Positions 24,981 through 38,444 of a DNA stretch of 64,000 nucleotides are shown piece by piece. This stretch comes from Lingula anatina. Its lineage: Eukaryota; Animalia; Brachiopoda. The stretch lies in assembly GCA_051362555.1 (NCBI GenBank), contig CM120644.1, positions 10,114,954 to 10,178,953 on the forward strand, written 5' to 3'. The notes beneath the pieces were generated by a model. The model had not been told where the DNA came from, searched no databases, and saw only the letters and a list, made by a program, of their open reading frames with translations. Every line of letters begins with the position of its first letter. Positions within the stretch are counted from its first letter, which is position 1. A program made the position numbers and the translations under genes.

Positions 24981-27900
24981 AAACTTATTTGCAATATTAA
25001 ACAAAATTTACCTGCACAATTATCACTGCTTCCTTATTATTAATCTAGCAAAGAGCTTTACCTTTGGGAGTTTACAGGGAAATATCAACAAGTGTGCTTT
25101 ACGTAATCTCATTTAATGGCCTATTAAAGCAAATGACTTTATAACTCTGAAATTAATCTAGTGATACCCAAGGGTAATTTACAGACTGACCCACTCAAAG
25201 GTCTTCAGGCCCATAAGTCACACCTTAAGAAAAGCACAAAACCATAATGCCCAAAATAGGAGACTACCAATCCTGATGCAATAATACATTATGTTTAACT
25301 GCACAGTCAACATCAACTTATGCACAACAGGTAACACAGACGAAAGTAAAAGCATAAGGCTTCAGGCCCATCAGAGTTCAAGTTTATACTTAGAAAGTGC
25401 CAGAATGAGAAAAATGAAAATTTCACAAAAAATGCATAAATACAATAAACTTGATAATCCGATAGAGCTGGTTTTCTCATGAGCTGAAGGCCAATCCTAA
25501 AAATCGTACTTGTAAGTTTAAAATTATAATAAGTAGCACAGTTTTCTTTTCATAATGTTTGCAGTAGCAGTGCAAAAAGATTGTCAATTTTGATGTAACA
25601 TTACATAATAAATTAGAGAATAATTATCACCAATTTTTGTTTATTGACTATAAATAGGATGGACATGTAGAAAATATGATTACCATTTGGCTTCATGTCC
25701 ATGGGAGCTCCGAGTCCCATAATGAATATGCCAAAAAAGATAATGAATATAACACTAAAATGTATAACTTCCAGAAAAAGAAGCCAATTAGACTGCTTTT
25801 CTAACTCAGGCTGCATTTTAGTCCTGTGTTTCTTTTTTGAAAGTTTGACAGTCATAAGTAACACGGTTTTTCCATAATGGTCATCAAGGCAGCAGCACCA
25901 AAAATTGTGTTTTCTGCTATTTTGATGCAACATTACATAATGCTTAACAGCATAATGACCATCGATTTTTAATAATAAAATATAAGTGTCATGGATTTTC
26001 ACAAAATGTGACTAGCACGGGTCTTCAAGCCCGTGGAGGTTCTAAGTCGCACCTTGGAAATGCCAATATGTGAAAAATTAAATTTTCACAAAAAACTGTT
26101 TAATTGCCAGAAAAAATTACCAAACAGACTGCATTGCCAACTGAAGCTGTATTTTAGACCCATGTTTCTTTCCTGTAAGTTTGAGAACAGTAATTGACAT
26201 GATTTTTGTTAAATGGTCATCATGGGAGCAGTGCCCAAAATAGGGGTTTCTTCAAATTTTGATGCAACATTACATAATGTTTAACAGCATAATGACCATC
26301 AATTTTTAATTATAAAATATTAGTATCACGGATATTCAGGAAATGTGACAAGCAAAGGTCTTCAGGATCATGGAACTTCAAAGTCACACCTTGAAAATGC
26401 CAATAAGTGAAAAATTAAATTTTCACAAAAAACTGTTTAATTGCCAGAAAAATTTACCAAACAGACTGCATTGCCTACTGGAGCTGTATTTTAGTCCCAT
26501 GTTTCTTTCCTGTAAGTTTGAGAACAGTAAGTGACATGATTTTCCTTAAATGGTCATCATGGGAGCAGTGCCCAAAATAGGGGTTTCTTCAAAATTTCAT
26601 GCAATATTACATAATGTTTTACAGCATAATGACCATCAATTTTTAATTATAAAATATTAGTATCATGGTTATTCAGAAAATGTGACTAGCAAAAGCCTTC
26701 AGGCCCATGGAACTTCAAAGTCACATATTGAAAATGCCAAAATGTAAACAATACAGCACTGTTCTGAAATGGGTTTATTTCCATTTTTAACACTTTTTAA
26801 ACATAAAACAAAATAAACAGTTTACTGCCATTTTTATATGACCAATGAAGAAAATTGATGAGATGGGAAAAGTATCAACAGAACAGTTTTAAATGCCCAA
26901 CTTCCTCCATTCTGAGATTCTGAACATAGTGGATGAATGCATCTGACAAACTGCAATGATATGAGTTTATTTCCATTTTTGACACTTTATTACACAATAC
27001 ATGATAACAAGTTTACCATCATTTTTACAAAATCAACTAACAATGTTGTAAAGATGCAGGAAATGCCAAACAAACACATTTACGTATCTTATTAGTTCAA
27101 TAATGAGACTGTTAACATGCCTAAGAATTGAATGTGAGGAAATGTGAAAAAACAGCATTACCTTTTAAAATAATGGACTGATTATGCTGATTTTCAAACT
27201 CAACCTGCGTTTTAGTAAGATTGGCCCCTCCTGTGAGTATAATGACAATTGGCCAATCTGTTTTTCTTATATTGTGTTATCAGTGTTGCATATATACTGA
27301 AAAAAGTGAAAAAAAAACAGCATAAATTCCCTATAAGTGACCCGATCGTGCTGATTTTCGAATTTGACCTGCGTATTATGAATATTTATCAGTTCTGTAA
27401 GTTTCAAGCCAAAGGGTAAAACAGCTCTTCATTTATTGTGTTATCAGTGTTGCAAAAATGCTGAAAAAAAGTGAAAAAATAGCCTAAATTCACTAAAAAT
27501 GACCCAAACATGCTGATTTTCGAACTTGACCTGCGTATTATGAATATTCATCAGTTCTGTAGGTTTCAAGCCAAAAGGTCAAATGGTTTTCCATTTATGG
27601 TGTTATCGGTGCTGCATATATGCTGAAAAAAGAGAATAAAAAATAGCCTAAATTCACTAAAAATGACCCAATCACGCTGATTTTCGAACTTGACCTGCGT
27701 ATTATGTATATTCATCAGTTCTGTAAGTTTCAAGCCAAAAGGTAAAATGGTTTTCCACTTATCGTGTTATCGGTGCTGCATATATGCTGAAAAAAGTGAA
27801 AAAACAGCATAAATTCCCTATAAGTGACCCGATCATGCTGATTTTCGAACTCGACCTGCGTATTATGAATATTCATCAGTACTGTAAGTTTCAAGCCAAA

Positions 27901-29734
27901 AGGTACAATGGTTTTCCACTTATCGTGTTATCGGTGCTGCATATATGTTGAAAAAAGTGAAAAAACAGCATAAATTCCCTAAAAGTGACCCGATCATGCT
28001 GATTTTTGAACTTGACCTGCGTATTATGAATATTCATCAGTTCTGCAAGTTTCAAATCAAAAGGCAAAATGGTTTTCCACTTATCGTGTTATCGGTAAAA
28101 GTGCACGGCGACGGCGACGACGGCGACAGCGGCGACGGCGACGACAGACGCAGATGATGGCTATATGTACAGACACATCTGTGTCTGTACATAAAAAAAA
28201 GGGGGGATTCTGAAATTCATCAGAATGCTACACCGAGTGCATAGGACCTTACAGAAGTCAAAACCAGAATATAAATCTGAGATTTCAAATTTTAGTGGCT
28301 TTTCACCTGGTGTAGACTTGCCCTTCAAGAAATCGACAGAAAATAGCTCTTTTTCAAATTTGAATGGGCACTGTAGAAAACATATAACAGCTAAAGCTCT
28401 CAAATTAAGCACATATGTGTGATATCATGTGAAGAATAAGTTCTGTAAATTTCAATCCAAGCAGTTGAGTACATTTTGAGACAGAACGCTTTAAATGTGC
28501 AGCAAACTGTAACGCTAATCCCTTCAAGATCTCGACGAAAACCGGAAGTGCGTCATGACGTCACTCGTTTGTACTTGGAAAGCTGCTGGGTGATTTTCCG
28601 ATGAGAAATATTTCATGGCTTATACAAATGTTATACAAATGCCCATGCAGATAAAAGAAAATTCACTAATCAAAATTGAAACTGCGTAATTACAAAGAAA
28701 AACATTGTGCAATTCTGACCTCGACTTGTCAGTGTAAACAAAGTGTACTGAACGCATCGCCAGCAAGCACGTGAATGCCGCGTTTGATACTTTGTATCAG
28801 ACACTTCATTTTACTTGACAACACAGTTTACGATGGGCATGACAGGAAAAACAGTGCAAAAAACACGCACTTCCGGTTTTCGTCGATTTCTTGAAGGCGT
28901 CGATTTCTTGAAGGGCGAGTCTATATCTTTAGTGGTCCATTAAGATTAGAAAAAAAAAAAAAAAAAAAAAAACAGACTTACCTGATTTGATGATTCCAGT
29001 AACTCCATAATACTTGGCTTCAATTTCTCTATAATTTCACAGATTTTGGGGTTACTTGGTGAAACACCATTTGGAAGACCAACTATCAGAGAGCCTGGAA
29101 AAAGAGAGGTGTGGTAATTAGTCAAATTTTAAACACCTCAAGCATTCCAATTATTCACACAGCAACCCACATGCATTTTCTGACCCTAAACAGAAGCTTC
29201 AAAATAACCAGATTGAAAAATGGTAGCTAGCACAATTCCCTGCACTCGTAAAATAAGTTATTATATGAATTGTAAGCATAGAGAAATCTAGACTTTTTAT
29301 TTAAAAGGCCTGTGAGGTATTTCAACATTACCTGATATATCTAAATGGTTTTTCTCACTGTCAATTCTTCTCTTTTTGGAGGTGGGTTCCTCTGTGTCAT
29401 TGAAAAGTGCAGGGTCAGGGACGGGGATATTAACGTCATGGTGGATTGAACTGATCCTCTTCAAACTGAACATGTCCGACTTAAAGAATACAACTTCATT
29501 TCACTTCAGATAATATTGTGATTTGTCATCCGGAGTGTTCATATAAATCTTTTCTTAGAGTAATTTATATAAATCTTTCAGTATATTGGTACTGACAGAA
29601 AAAAGAAAATTTTATTTCACCTCAGGAAACATTTCAATACATGTTGTCCATAAAATCCGTTTCTTAATAAAGTTTGCTTTTAATAAAACATGTGAACTAA
29701 AAATGTAAGTTAAAACTACCTCTTATAACATTTC

Positions 29735-29803
<69 letters not shown>

Positions 29804-31210
29804 ATTTACAAAATATATAAATGCATAAATAATAAGACAAAAAAAGTACAATTTGGTTATTTTGTGAATTCTGTAAAATTTTGATAAAACTTAGAGAAAA
29901 CTGGGAACATTTAATTTATCTTTAAATGATCAAACTTATATAAATACTACAAGCACGTCCCCATTAATAGGTAAACTACATACAAGACAACATAAGATCC
30001 CTGAGACTGCTGTATTGATACTTACATGTAATAAATCATCCAGCTCCTTCACTTTCTCTGGGAACACTTCCAGTACAATGTGCTCAGCCTTAAACAAAAG
30101 ATAAATACACCTCATGATCTGTCAGTCTAAATTTCTTTTTTTTATATATATATATAATAAAATGTTCTGAAAACAACTTTAAGCACGATATCTGAAAATA
30201 AATAATGATACATTATGAATATTTAAAATCAATATATAGAATTTTCATAAACCTCACTTTTATTAATGTTTGTTCTCTAATATAATTGATTTGTGATACA
30301 AAAATCTATATTCTAGAGGCTTATGCATCACTATGCAAACAGATCTGATACCGTTCAGCCCAGTTCAATCATTCTTTTCCATACCAAAATGTACCAGATC
30401 TTTTTTTTTTTTCTTATACAAGATTCTTTATTGACTCCAGTCTTGATGGACAAATGAGCATTCAAAGCAAAAAGACCACTACACCAGTACCAAAATCAAT
30501 CTACTTCAAGGGCAATATTTTTTTTACTCACCTCTTTCTTACATTTTTCCTTAAAGTCTTTCACCTGCGTAGAGAAAAATGTATGAAATAAACATCTGGA
30601 ATCTATGATATATATTCAAAACTAGCCCACACAGAGATAAAGATATTTATACTTCTTATTTATTGGTTGATTGACAGGATCCACTGCATTGTTATACTGT
30701 TAATTGCAGTGTTGGACATCTAAGAGACACACATGCCAAAGAAAATACTACATCTTGTAAAACTGATATACACCCCCCCCCCTTTTCCAATCAGTATCAG
30801 TTTTCATGTATTACAATACAATACAATACAATAAATTTTATTTCATGTCGGTTAGAAATTGAATGGAAACATTAGCTTTACAGCTATTCTCCGACTGTGT
30901 ATTCTACGGATTTCTAGTCTTACAGCCACTAGTCTAGTACTATTGCTCTTATATTTTCAAGAGTTGTTAACTCTGGGTAGCTGTTATATATGCATAGAGC
31001 GGCACGCTACATGGAGAGGGATTTTTCGATCAAATAAAATAGACCAAACAACTGGCGACTGTCTACATTTCTCAGTCTTTTGTACGGAATCCACTTCGCA
31101 AATCTGGTGTCAAATTGAGGATTAACTGACTCTCAAAGAAAAATCAACAAAGAAAACTATAACACACATTTGTTGGTACAACATACCTTGTCATTTACTG
31201 CCTGTGCCAT
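22565..31210 (-). CDS. PSME3: Proteasome activator complex subunit 3 (PA28gamma/REGgamma), ~246 aa, 9 exons
   Basis: Exons 31210-31187, 30564-30532, 30088-30026, 29479-29332, 29094-28982, 23950-23882, 23495-23373, 23030-22944 and 22645-22565 join in frame (741 nt). Motifs: NIPVPDP, NLS-like KKRR, activation loop LIPRIEDGNNFGVSIQE, KVAKYPHVADYR, ELRNQYATLHDII.KN and C-terminal QLY. Confidence 0.95.
24234..24399 (+). mobile_element. MITE family C copy, nested in the family B element
   Basis: CAGGAGCGGA...ATCCACCCCTT, flanked by the 6-bp direct repeat CAATAA. Confidence 0.8.
24639..24876 (+). mobile_element. Short HINE-like element nested in the family B element
   Basis: AAAACTAG start, hairpin GCACT..AGTGC, subterminal inverted repeats CTCTGCCAAGG / CCTTGGCAGAG, terminal ACCTC...GAGGT hairpin and a GACA micro-repeat. 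Confidence 0.65.
24924..24977. repeat. (TA)n microsatellite
   Basis: Seen directly. Confidence 0.95.
28315..28921. mobile_element. ~607-bp MITE related to the pogo-like element at 50873-54717
   Basis: TIR GACTTGCCCTTCAAGAAATCGAC / GTCGATTTCTTGAAGGGCGAGTC with TA on both sides. Highly similar to 46155-46763. Confidence 0.92.
29738..29801. repeat. (TA)n microsatellite
   Basis: Seen directly. Confidence 0.95.
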
Positions 31211-31289
31211 AATATAAAGAGAAATAGTTGTGATTTTATATCAAAAAGTCAAAATCTGGCGAAAATTTCAACAACGTGCGTTTGCCAAA

Positions 31290-31312
31290 TCTGTCGTCTG
31301 TGCGCATGCGTG
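31290..31312. promoter_or_regulatory. NRF1-like motif in the PSME3 promoter region
   Basis: TGCGCATGCG lies ~90 bp upstream of the PSME3 ATG at 31210, typical of housekeeping promoters. Confidence 0.4.
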
Positions 31313-33229
31313 AAACAATTTCTTATCTCCAAAACGAAAGAGTTCTTACATTATTTTATTTGTTTTTATTTTATTACTATATGGGTATTAAGGGGAAGAC
31401 ATAATGTTAAAATTAACATGATCAAATTACGGACTAGATAATTATCAGTATATTGCATTTTTATTGCATGTCACATTGGTTTTCAATCCAAATAAACACT
31501 TTTAATCCCTAATGGCACGTACAGTTGCAAGTTATCTCTTTGTATTTCAAAATATAGATATCCCGAACAAATAAAAAGACAAGCGATCTGTCTAAATAAC
31601 ACTGTAAACCTATGTGTATTTTACCTCGATTTCTGCCATCTTCTTTGCTCAGTCACGAAAACCAACTGAGATTGTCAAAAGCCGTCTGCTCAAGAGTGCG
31701 TAAAATGAATAAGTACTTTCCACCGATATTTTCGTGAGTGGTGACAAGCGGGAAAGTATCAAGAGGGTCCGATGTGGTGCCTTGGAACACTTTGACAGAT
31801 CTTTGCCAAGATATTGGTCCACAGCAGAGCTCGCGGCGGCCAACTTTCGGCTGATTTCTTTGCTTAACCCAAGCATTACACTTTTATGACGGGTACGTTA
31901 AGGATGTTTTGCACAGTGGGAGGGGCATGTAGGCCTGTGGCCAAAGAACGAATTTTCCCTGAAATTTCACCAGTTTCTTCACCACTATGGGGTCATGTCT
32001 AACACGAATTCTTTCAGAAAATTAAGGTCGAACCGTGTAGGATTTTCAGATCAAATTCAGGAAAAAAGCCTTGCGTCTTTTTTTAACCAGTCCTGCTATT
32101 TTTTAGCTTAATGCGGAAATTTAATTGTTTTTATTTTAGCCCATATCGCCATAAAGACACCCTTTAGGCCTATATATATTACACAGTATATGTTAGTTTT
32201 CAAACTTCACTAAATTTCCACTTTTTAATGACAGTCGGTGTTTTATTATTTTCCCCCATTTAATTATTTAAATATTGCATACTGGGATACCACCTTTCTA
32301 AAGTCGCTTTATGTGGTTTGAAGAAGGCTTTTGAGGAACGTTAGCGCGTTGATAATGTACGTTTGCCCACCAGTCAACGTTACGCTTTGTTATTGGCGAA
32401 TAATATATATTTTGCTCACTGCATATAAAGAAAATTGCCGCAAATTAAGTTAATTAATTTGTATGGGTTACATAATTTTAGTATACAGAGATCAAGAGTA
32501 AACAATAAGGCCTACTAAGGATAACATCAAAATCATATAAATATAAAGTTATAATTAAAAAGATTGCTGTTGAACATAAAAATGTGTTCAAATGTAGTTT
32601 AGTTTTCTAATGGGTATATTAATAAAGCTTTTTTAAAATTCTGTGTAGATTAATTAAGTGCTCGCAAACTTAAAATCTAGATATAGAGTCTATGAAATCA
32701 CATAAAGATAAGGTTTCTCCTTGCTGATGAAATCTTTAAATCAAATTAGTGGTCTATGACTAAAAATACTGCGTCTTATAACGTATACGTTTTTGGTTTT
32801 TTCTCTCTTCCCTCTCCCCACATGCATGTTGTTTGACAAGGCAAAATATTAAGTCGGCTCGCTACATCCTCAACATCTTTTACTGAACAGTCCCAGAAGA
32901 GTTTTAATTTGTATTGCACTAGCTGTTTTATTCAAATTGATTTTAAGTAACGTTATTTTTAGCATTGATACACCTTCACTCTTTTACCCCTTTATAAAAC
33001 CCTATAGGCCTACTTACTAAGTACTTTCTGTTGACAAGGAACTTGTATGCTTGCGCACATTGGCAACATAATGACCCCATTCTGTCACATTTTTATCAGC
33101 ACCATATGAACTCTTGGATATTTAGGACGCAGCTGACCATTCTTGTGTAACCCGATATCATTGTGGAGTAATAAAAGGGCCGTTGAAACCAGCGTTGACT
33201 GTATACGCCACATCACTAGAGTGGTCACA

Positions 33230-36200
33230 ATGTTAGCATTCACGGCAAGTAGGCTAATATGGGTCCGCATATGGTTGAAGAACGTCTTGGCCCAACTGTG
33301 TTACAACATATTTGGTCTGAAGCTCTGCCCGGTCAGTCAGGACAGTATTCTGGACTCTGGTCACTACATTAACGGGAAAGACACGGGGTGGATTGAACCC
33401 TTCACTCTACTGATTAGGAGTTATAGGGAGACAGACACCGTTACAGCACATGGAAGGCAGACCTTCGTCGATGGTATGAAGTTCAAGTTGAACGTGCGAG
33501 CCAAAGTGAGGAGGGAACTTTCGAATAAAGCTGAATTATTTGCCTCCAAGGTACTGCCTCTTGGGATAAACTCTCCTTAATTCATGCTAGTAGTTTACCA
33601 CGCTCATTAAGGGTGGGGGCTTACATTTTGGTCAGACAAAATTAGCTGGTGAACGAAAGCGATCGACCTCAATTTTCGCACAATTTTTTCAAATGAAAAA
33701 AAAAAAAATTACATTGGTGACATTGGTTGCTGGTGTGCAGAAATTTACATGTGACTCAGGGCAACATTGATACCGTTAACTGACTTTGTGCTTTGAAATT
33801 GCCGACACTTAACTAGACCTTTTTCTACCCCCTAAAAGAGAGGAAAAATCTGACCGACCCTAAATTTTAGCGGTTTTAATTGCTTCTTAGTCTAAGAATT
33901 GTTTAATTGCTTCTAGTATGATAGACGTCATATATTACAAAAGATGAATAACTTAAGTCGACCAACCCGTTTTACAGAGAGCCGCCGCTAGTTAAGAAAT
34001 TTATCTGTTTTGTCTGACCTTCAGATAGGCCTCTTCGACTGCGATAAGCTCACCGCAGGAAACGATATATATGCAGGGGCTGTTGGGACAAATATTGACA
34101 ATATCGACAATTTGTGCCGTGAAGGGCCTTTTTCTGATCGACTGTAATTAACTGGGTGATGTTGACATTTTATTTTTCAGTCACTGATATAATGAAGATT
34201 TCATTGTGAAAGTTTCAGATAACTGAAATTCAAAACGTAAAACTAATTTGAAAGGTGGGCCTTAATTGTCACGTCACGTGGGATGTTCTTTACAACCCAT
34301 ATTGAACCCCTACCCCAACCCCAAATTAGTGAGCGCGTCTTATTGCTTTCATTTTGCTAGATTCCAGTGAGGAAACCAGTGTTCGTGCTGGGAGTGATGC
34401 GATCGGGAACAACATTCCTGCATGGTCTACTTGCTCAGGACCCAGCTTTCCGCCCTCCTCTGCTATACGAGCTGCTGGACCCGGTACCCCCGCAGACAGG
34501 AGCCGGAACAAAGGACGACCCGCGCATTGCAATGGGCACTGCATTGACACGTTAGTATAGTGTATCTTGGACTGGGTTCCCATTAACCCGTCGTACTAGC
34601 TGGATCGAATTTTTGTTTAGAACGGTGCTCTGTTTAAAAGCGGTCGCCATGTAGTAACTGTAGTGAGGTCAAGCTACACTGGAAATCTATAGTAAGGTCC
34701 ATCTGTTTCACTTACTATATATATATATATATATGGTATTTCAAACCCTTGACCTCCTTTTCTTATATTATATCCGATATTATTTTGAATACAATGTATC
34801 TTGAAAGGTTGTCTGGGCCTAACAAACTTTCAAAACCCCGGGCGAGCCCTTATAATATCATTTCAGTCACTTTCAATAAAACATCCATGCGTGCTCTCGT
34901 TCAAGAAGCTACCAAATCTGCAAAAGATGTTCATAAGAAAATTATGTCACTTCTACATGTTATAGGTGCCATAAATATAGCTGATCCCGATTTCTCCGTA
35001 AAACATGAAATTGGTGCTGAACTTCCACACGAGTGTTTCCACTTGCTGGCGGCAATGCGGTTTATTGACAAGAAGGAGTTCCTCCACGGTTCCAACATCA
35101 GTGCCTATCAGGAGTGGTGGAAGACAGCCTTGACTGGGGACTACATGACTGCAGTGTATAGAGAGTACAGGGCGGTACTGCAGCTTATGGCTTCCAAAGA
35201 TGAAGGTTGGGCTACAGAACAAGATTGAGTTACTATTTATACAGACTTGACATTTTATATGGAATATTTTCTCCAAATCATAATTCATCAGTTTTTCCCT
35301 ATTTTGCTGACTGATAAATGAAAATAAGGATTAAAATCGTATTTTAAAAACTTTTGATAATCTGTTCGATGTCATTGTGACATCAGTTCATTAATTGAAT
35401 TTGCCAGTGAAGCAAACAAAAATACATTGCCTATTTTAAGTCATACGACAACCATTGAAAGCGATATTTTGGATCTCCATATTTTCCAAATTATCGTCTT
35501 TAAAAGAGTTACACGCCCCACAAAGGCCCCGCATGTCAGTGTGTAGTCACAGCAACGGTCGCTGTTACTCCGGACTTCATATTGCTGCTACCAGAGCTTT
35601 CAAGCGGCAAGGCATTCCTTAGGATAGGTTTTTAGAGATTAATCTGGAATAAAATTCCAGGCGACGGTTAAAACTTCTCCAATTTGGTTCATTTTTGTTG
35701 TAGGGCATGCAGGCCGTTGATTCGACGAGAAATGACCTACCCACATGTTGTCTATGTGGTTCAAATATGGCGATTTTGATGACCAAGGTAGCTGCTCATT
35801 CCCTTGGTTCATTAAGTTATCTGCTATAAAAAGTGCTATGTGTGAACCGGCAATCTCACCGTGCAACCTAAAATTGTTCCTAAGGTGTCCCCTATCAAAT
35901 GATGGTCAAGTGGTTCCCAGAGTATTCCTTTATTTGATCTGGTTCAGGTTTTCATCGATGACTTCCATTAGTGTTGTGGCACCAATGTGTTATCCACTCC
36001 AAATAGTGATGCTGTCAATGACCCTAGTCACTTACCCAATTCATTAGAGAAACAGACTACGCTGTTTTGCTGTTTACAGTGGCTTCTTTAAAGGTCGCCT
36101 GATATCCTAACCTGCTGAAACCATTTTGGTGTTCGCTAAGAGCCTTTTGGTGACAATTTGCCCCTCATTCAAAACGGACTGGGTGGTTTTGGTTTAATTG

Positions 36201-37634
36201 TCGGAGAATATCCTGAAGGACAGCGAGTCCTGTACCCTGGTGGTAAGATGTCGATACATTGGGCGTGGTCTCTGTGTAGGTGCATCAGTCTGGGTATAAC
36301 TCAATAAAACTATGCAGACCATTCCGTTTGACACAATAATCTGTCTGGCAATATCTGTCTTTCTCGCGCCATTCTGGCACAGCTTAACAATTTTATAAAA
36401 CACTGCTTAACTCATTATACGCTCTGAAAAATCGACCGCTTGCATGCAAAATTTCAAATTCTTCGATACAGTAGTTGCCGACATATGGATACTTTTTTGA
36501 CAGAAGCATGCTTCATCAAAGCCAAGCTTTGACCAGCCCAAAGGAGCACTAGCCAATTAAATCAATGCATATTACAGAATGCAACAGTGCAACAGACTTG
36601 GTAGTCACTTAATTGGTAACGACACACCTGGCTTCATACTTCTCGAGTCAGATATCTTATGTGAGATCTGAGTTTTTTGAAAAAAGAACTCATTTTTACC
36701 TAGGTAAAACTGATATATTCCATATTAAATGCCAAGTCTGTATATAATGTCTCAACAGGCAATGTGATATATATATATATATATACAGGGTATATATATG
36801 CAACACGATTATATTAACTTCTTTTAAAACGTAACGGAGTTTAATAATAATAAATGTTGTTGTTAATTTGTTATTTTCGACTCCCTAACTTGTTTTCGCT
36901 TTTTTTTTTAGCTCCTCGGCCATTTCTTCTAAAGGACCATATTCATTGCCTGTTTATGGATTCAGTATTAGAGGTATTTCCCGACGCAAGTTTCATTTAT
37001 CTTGTTCGCAACCCAGTAGATCTGGTAAGTTTTTACAGCTGAAGGATGAAGTTCATGTACCAATATTAAAATAAAGCGTGTTCAACTTAGCAAAGGGCTA
37101 CAACTTAGGGCGTCATGTCTTGAGATTTACATGTCTGTACCTACCGCGCGTTGGAAGTGGGAGTTTAAGGTACGTCTCTGCGCGCGTCTCTTAATGTGTT
37201 TTAACCGTTTTGTACTTCAGGTCAGTTCCTGGTGTTCCGTCTTGGAATCGCTGGCGACATTGTCCATTAAACCTGGGACAATAAGTCCACGCGAAAGAGG
37301 TGAACGTGCTCTCAGTGACCTCTCTTACTTTGCCTCTACCTTCGTCGACTTCAGGAAGAAATGCGACGCCTCTGGCACATCGCTGCGCTGCATGGATGTC
37401 TTACAAAGCGATCTCGTCAAAGATCCCATGAAGGTTGTAAAAGACATATACGCGTTCCTTGGTGTTCCACTTACATATGAAGCTGAAGATAAAATGGCGC
37501 TGTTTATGGATGAGCGACGAAAGTTTAGGGCGAGAGCAAAACATATCCATCGACCGGAAGATTTTGGAATTACAAAGGACATGGTTCTGGATAAATTTCA
37601 AGATTATGTGGAATATTTTGGCCTTCAAATTTGA
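33230..37634 (+). CDS. Sulfotransferase, Sulfotransfer_3 / mycobacterial Stf3-Rv3529c-like, ~425 aa, 5 exons
   Basis: Exons 33230-33550, 34361-34550, 34966-35205, 36912-37024 and 37221-37634 join in frame (1278 nt). Motifs: 5'-PSB loop PVFVLGVMRSGTTFLHGLLAQDP, HEIGAELPHEC, FLLKDHIH, 3'-PB FPDASFIYLVRNP...SWCS, DLVKDP...IYAFLG and C-terminal H..EDFG. Confidence 0.88.
35242..36740 (-). mobile_element. Decayed Tc1/mariner transposon in sulfotransferase intron 3
   Basis: ~26-bp TIRs CAGACTTGRCATTTWATATGGAATAT flanked by TA. Minus-strand remnants include an HTH-like segment (36194-36403, IVKLCQNG..KTDIARQI) and LPWSSKSPYLNHIDNMW (35639-35866), a degenerate WP..SPDLNPIEN.W motif. Multiple stops and frameshifts. 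Confidence 0.88.
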
Positions 37635-38444
37635 GTCTCTCTTTTGTTTTAAAATTAAATCAGTGACTAGAAAGAGACGTTGGAGAAAACATGAAATGGA
37701 AGAGGGACAGTTGAAAATATGGAAATGTATAAATATGAAAATATTGAATATATTTGAATATATGGCTTACATATAACATTACAAATCGCCACATTAACTC
37801 CTCAACTAAGGCGACACTTTGACCTGTAATTAACATAACCTGACCATAACAAATAACCATAACATTCTTGTCCGTCAGTGGATGCAAAATTAGAAGCAAT
37901 AAAATTTACGCACGTACGCAATAGTTGACGTCTGACTTGATGACGTTCAGTTACATGATATATAATATGAAACTTGCACAATAATTCTGCCTTGTGAAAG
38001 TTTCCCAGAGAACAACTTCACAATGTTAACATTTAGAAAGGGGTCTCAAGCGAGAAAAGCATTTTGCGTCTTTTTTTACGAATTTTCACTGACAGATTTA
38101 CATTCCATGACCGTAATTTTACGGATTGTTGAAAAACTATTTCATTTGCAATAGTGCACAGTCCCGAGGAAATGGGATACGGACGCGAAGGCATTCTCCT
38201 CCAGAGTGTAAATAGAGAATGCACTGCGCAAAACATTCTTGTCAACAATTTTGAGAGCGATTGTGCTCATTGAGACTTACTGCTGCATCAAAGTTGGATT
38301 TTTGACGTTGACTTCAGCAACCCTTAAAATGTTAAGGACTATTATATGCAACAATACCACATCGTTATTTTATACGCATCTTAAAATAACTATGAAATAG
38401 AAACACGTTTGGTGATGCACATTCTTCCATGACAATCGTTGAGA

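Larger units (their letters stand above)
24072..28200 (+). mobile_element. Non-autonomous Helentron/HINE-like element, family B (~4.1 kb), in PSME3 intron 5
   Basis: The left end has an A-run, AAACAAG, a small hairpin CAGCAAAGCTG and subterminal ATGTACAGACA (24094-24104). The right end has a CGGCGA microsatellite, the palindrome TATGTACAGACACA-TC-TGTGTCTGTACATA (28164-28193) and an A-run. Internal arrays have ~337-bp units (25790-26740) and ~162-bp units (27150-28100). A reverse copy lies at 61891-64000. Confidence 0.75.
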
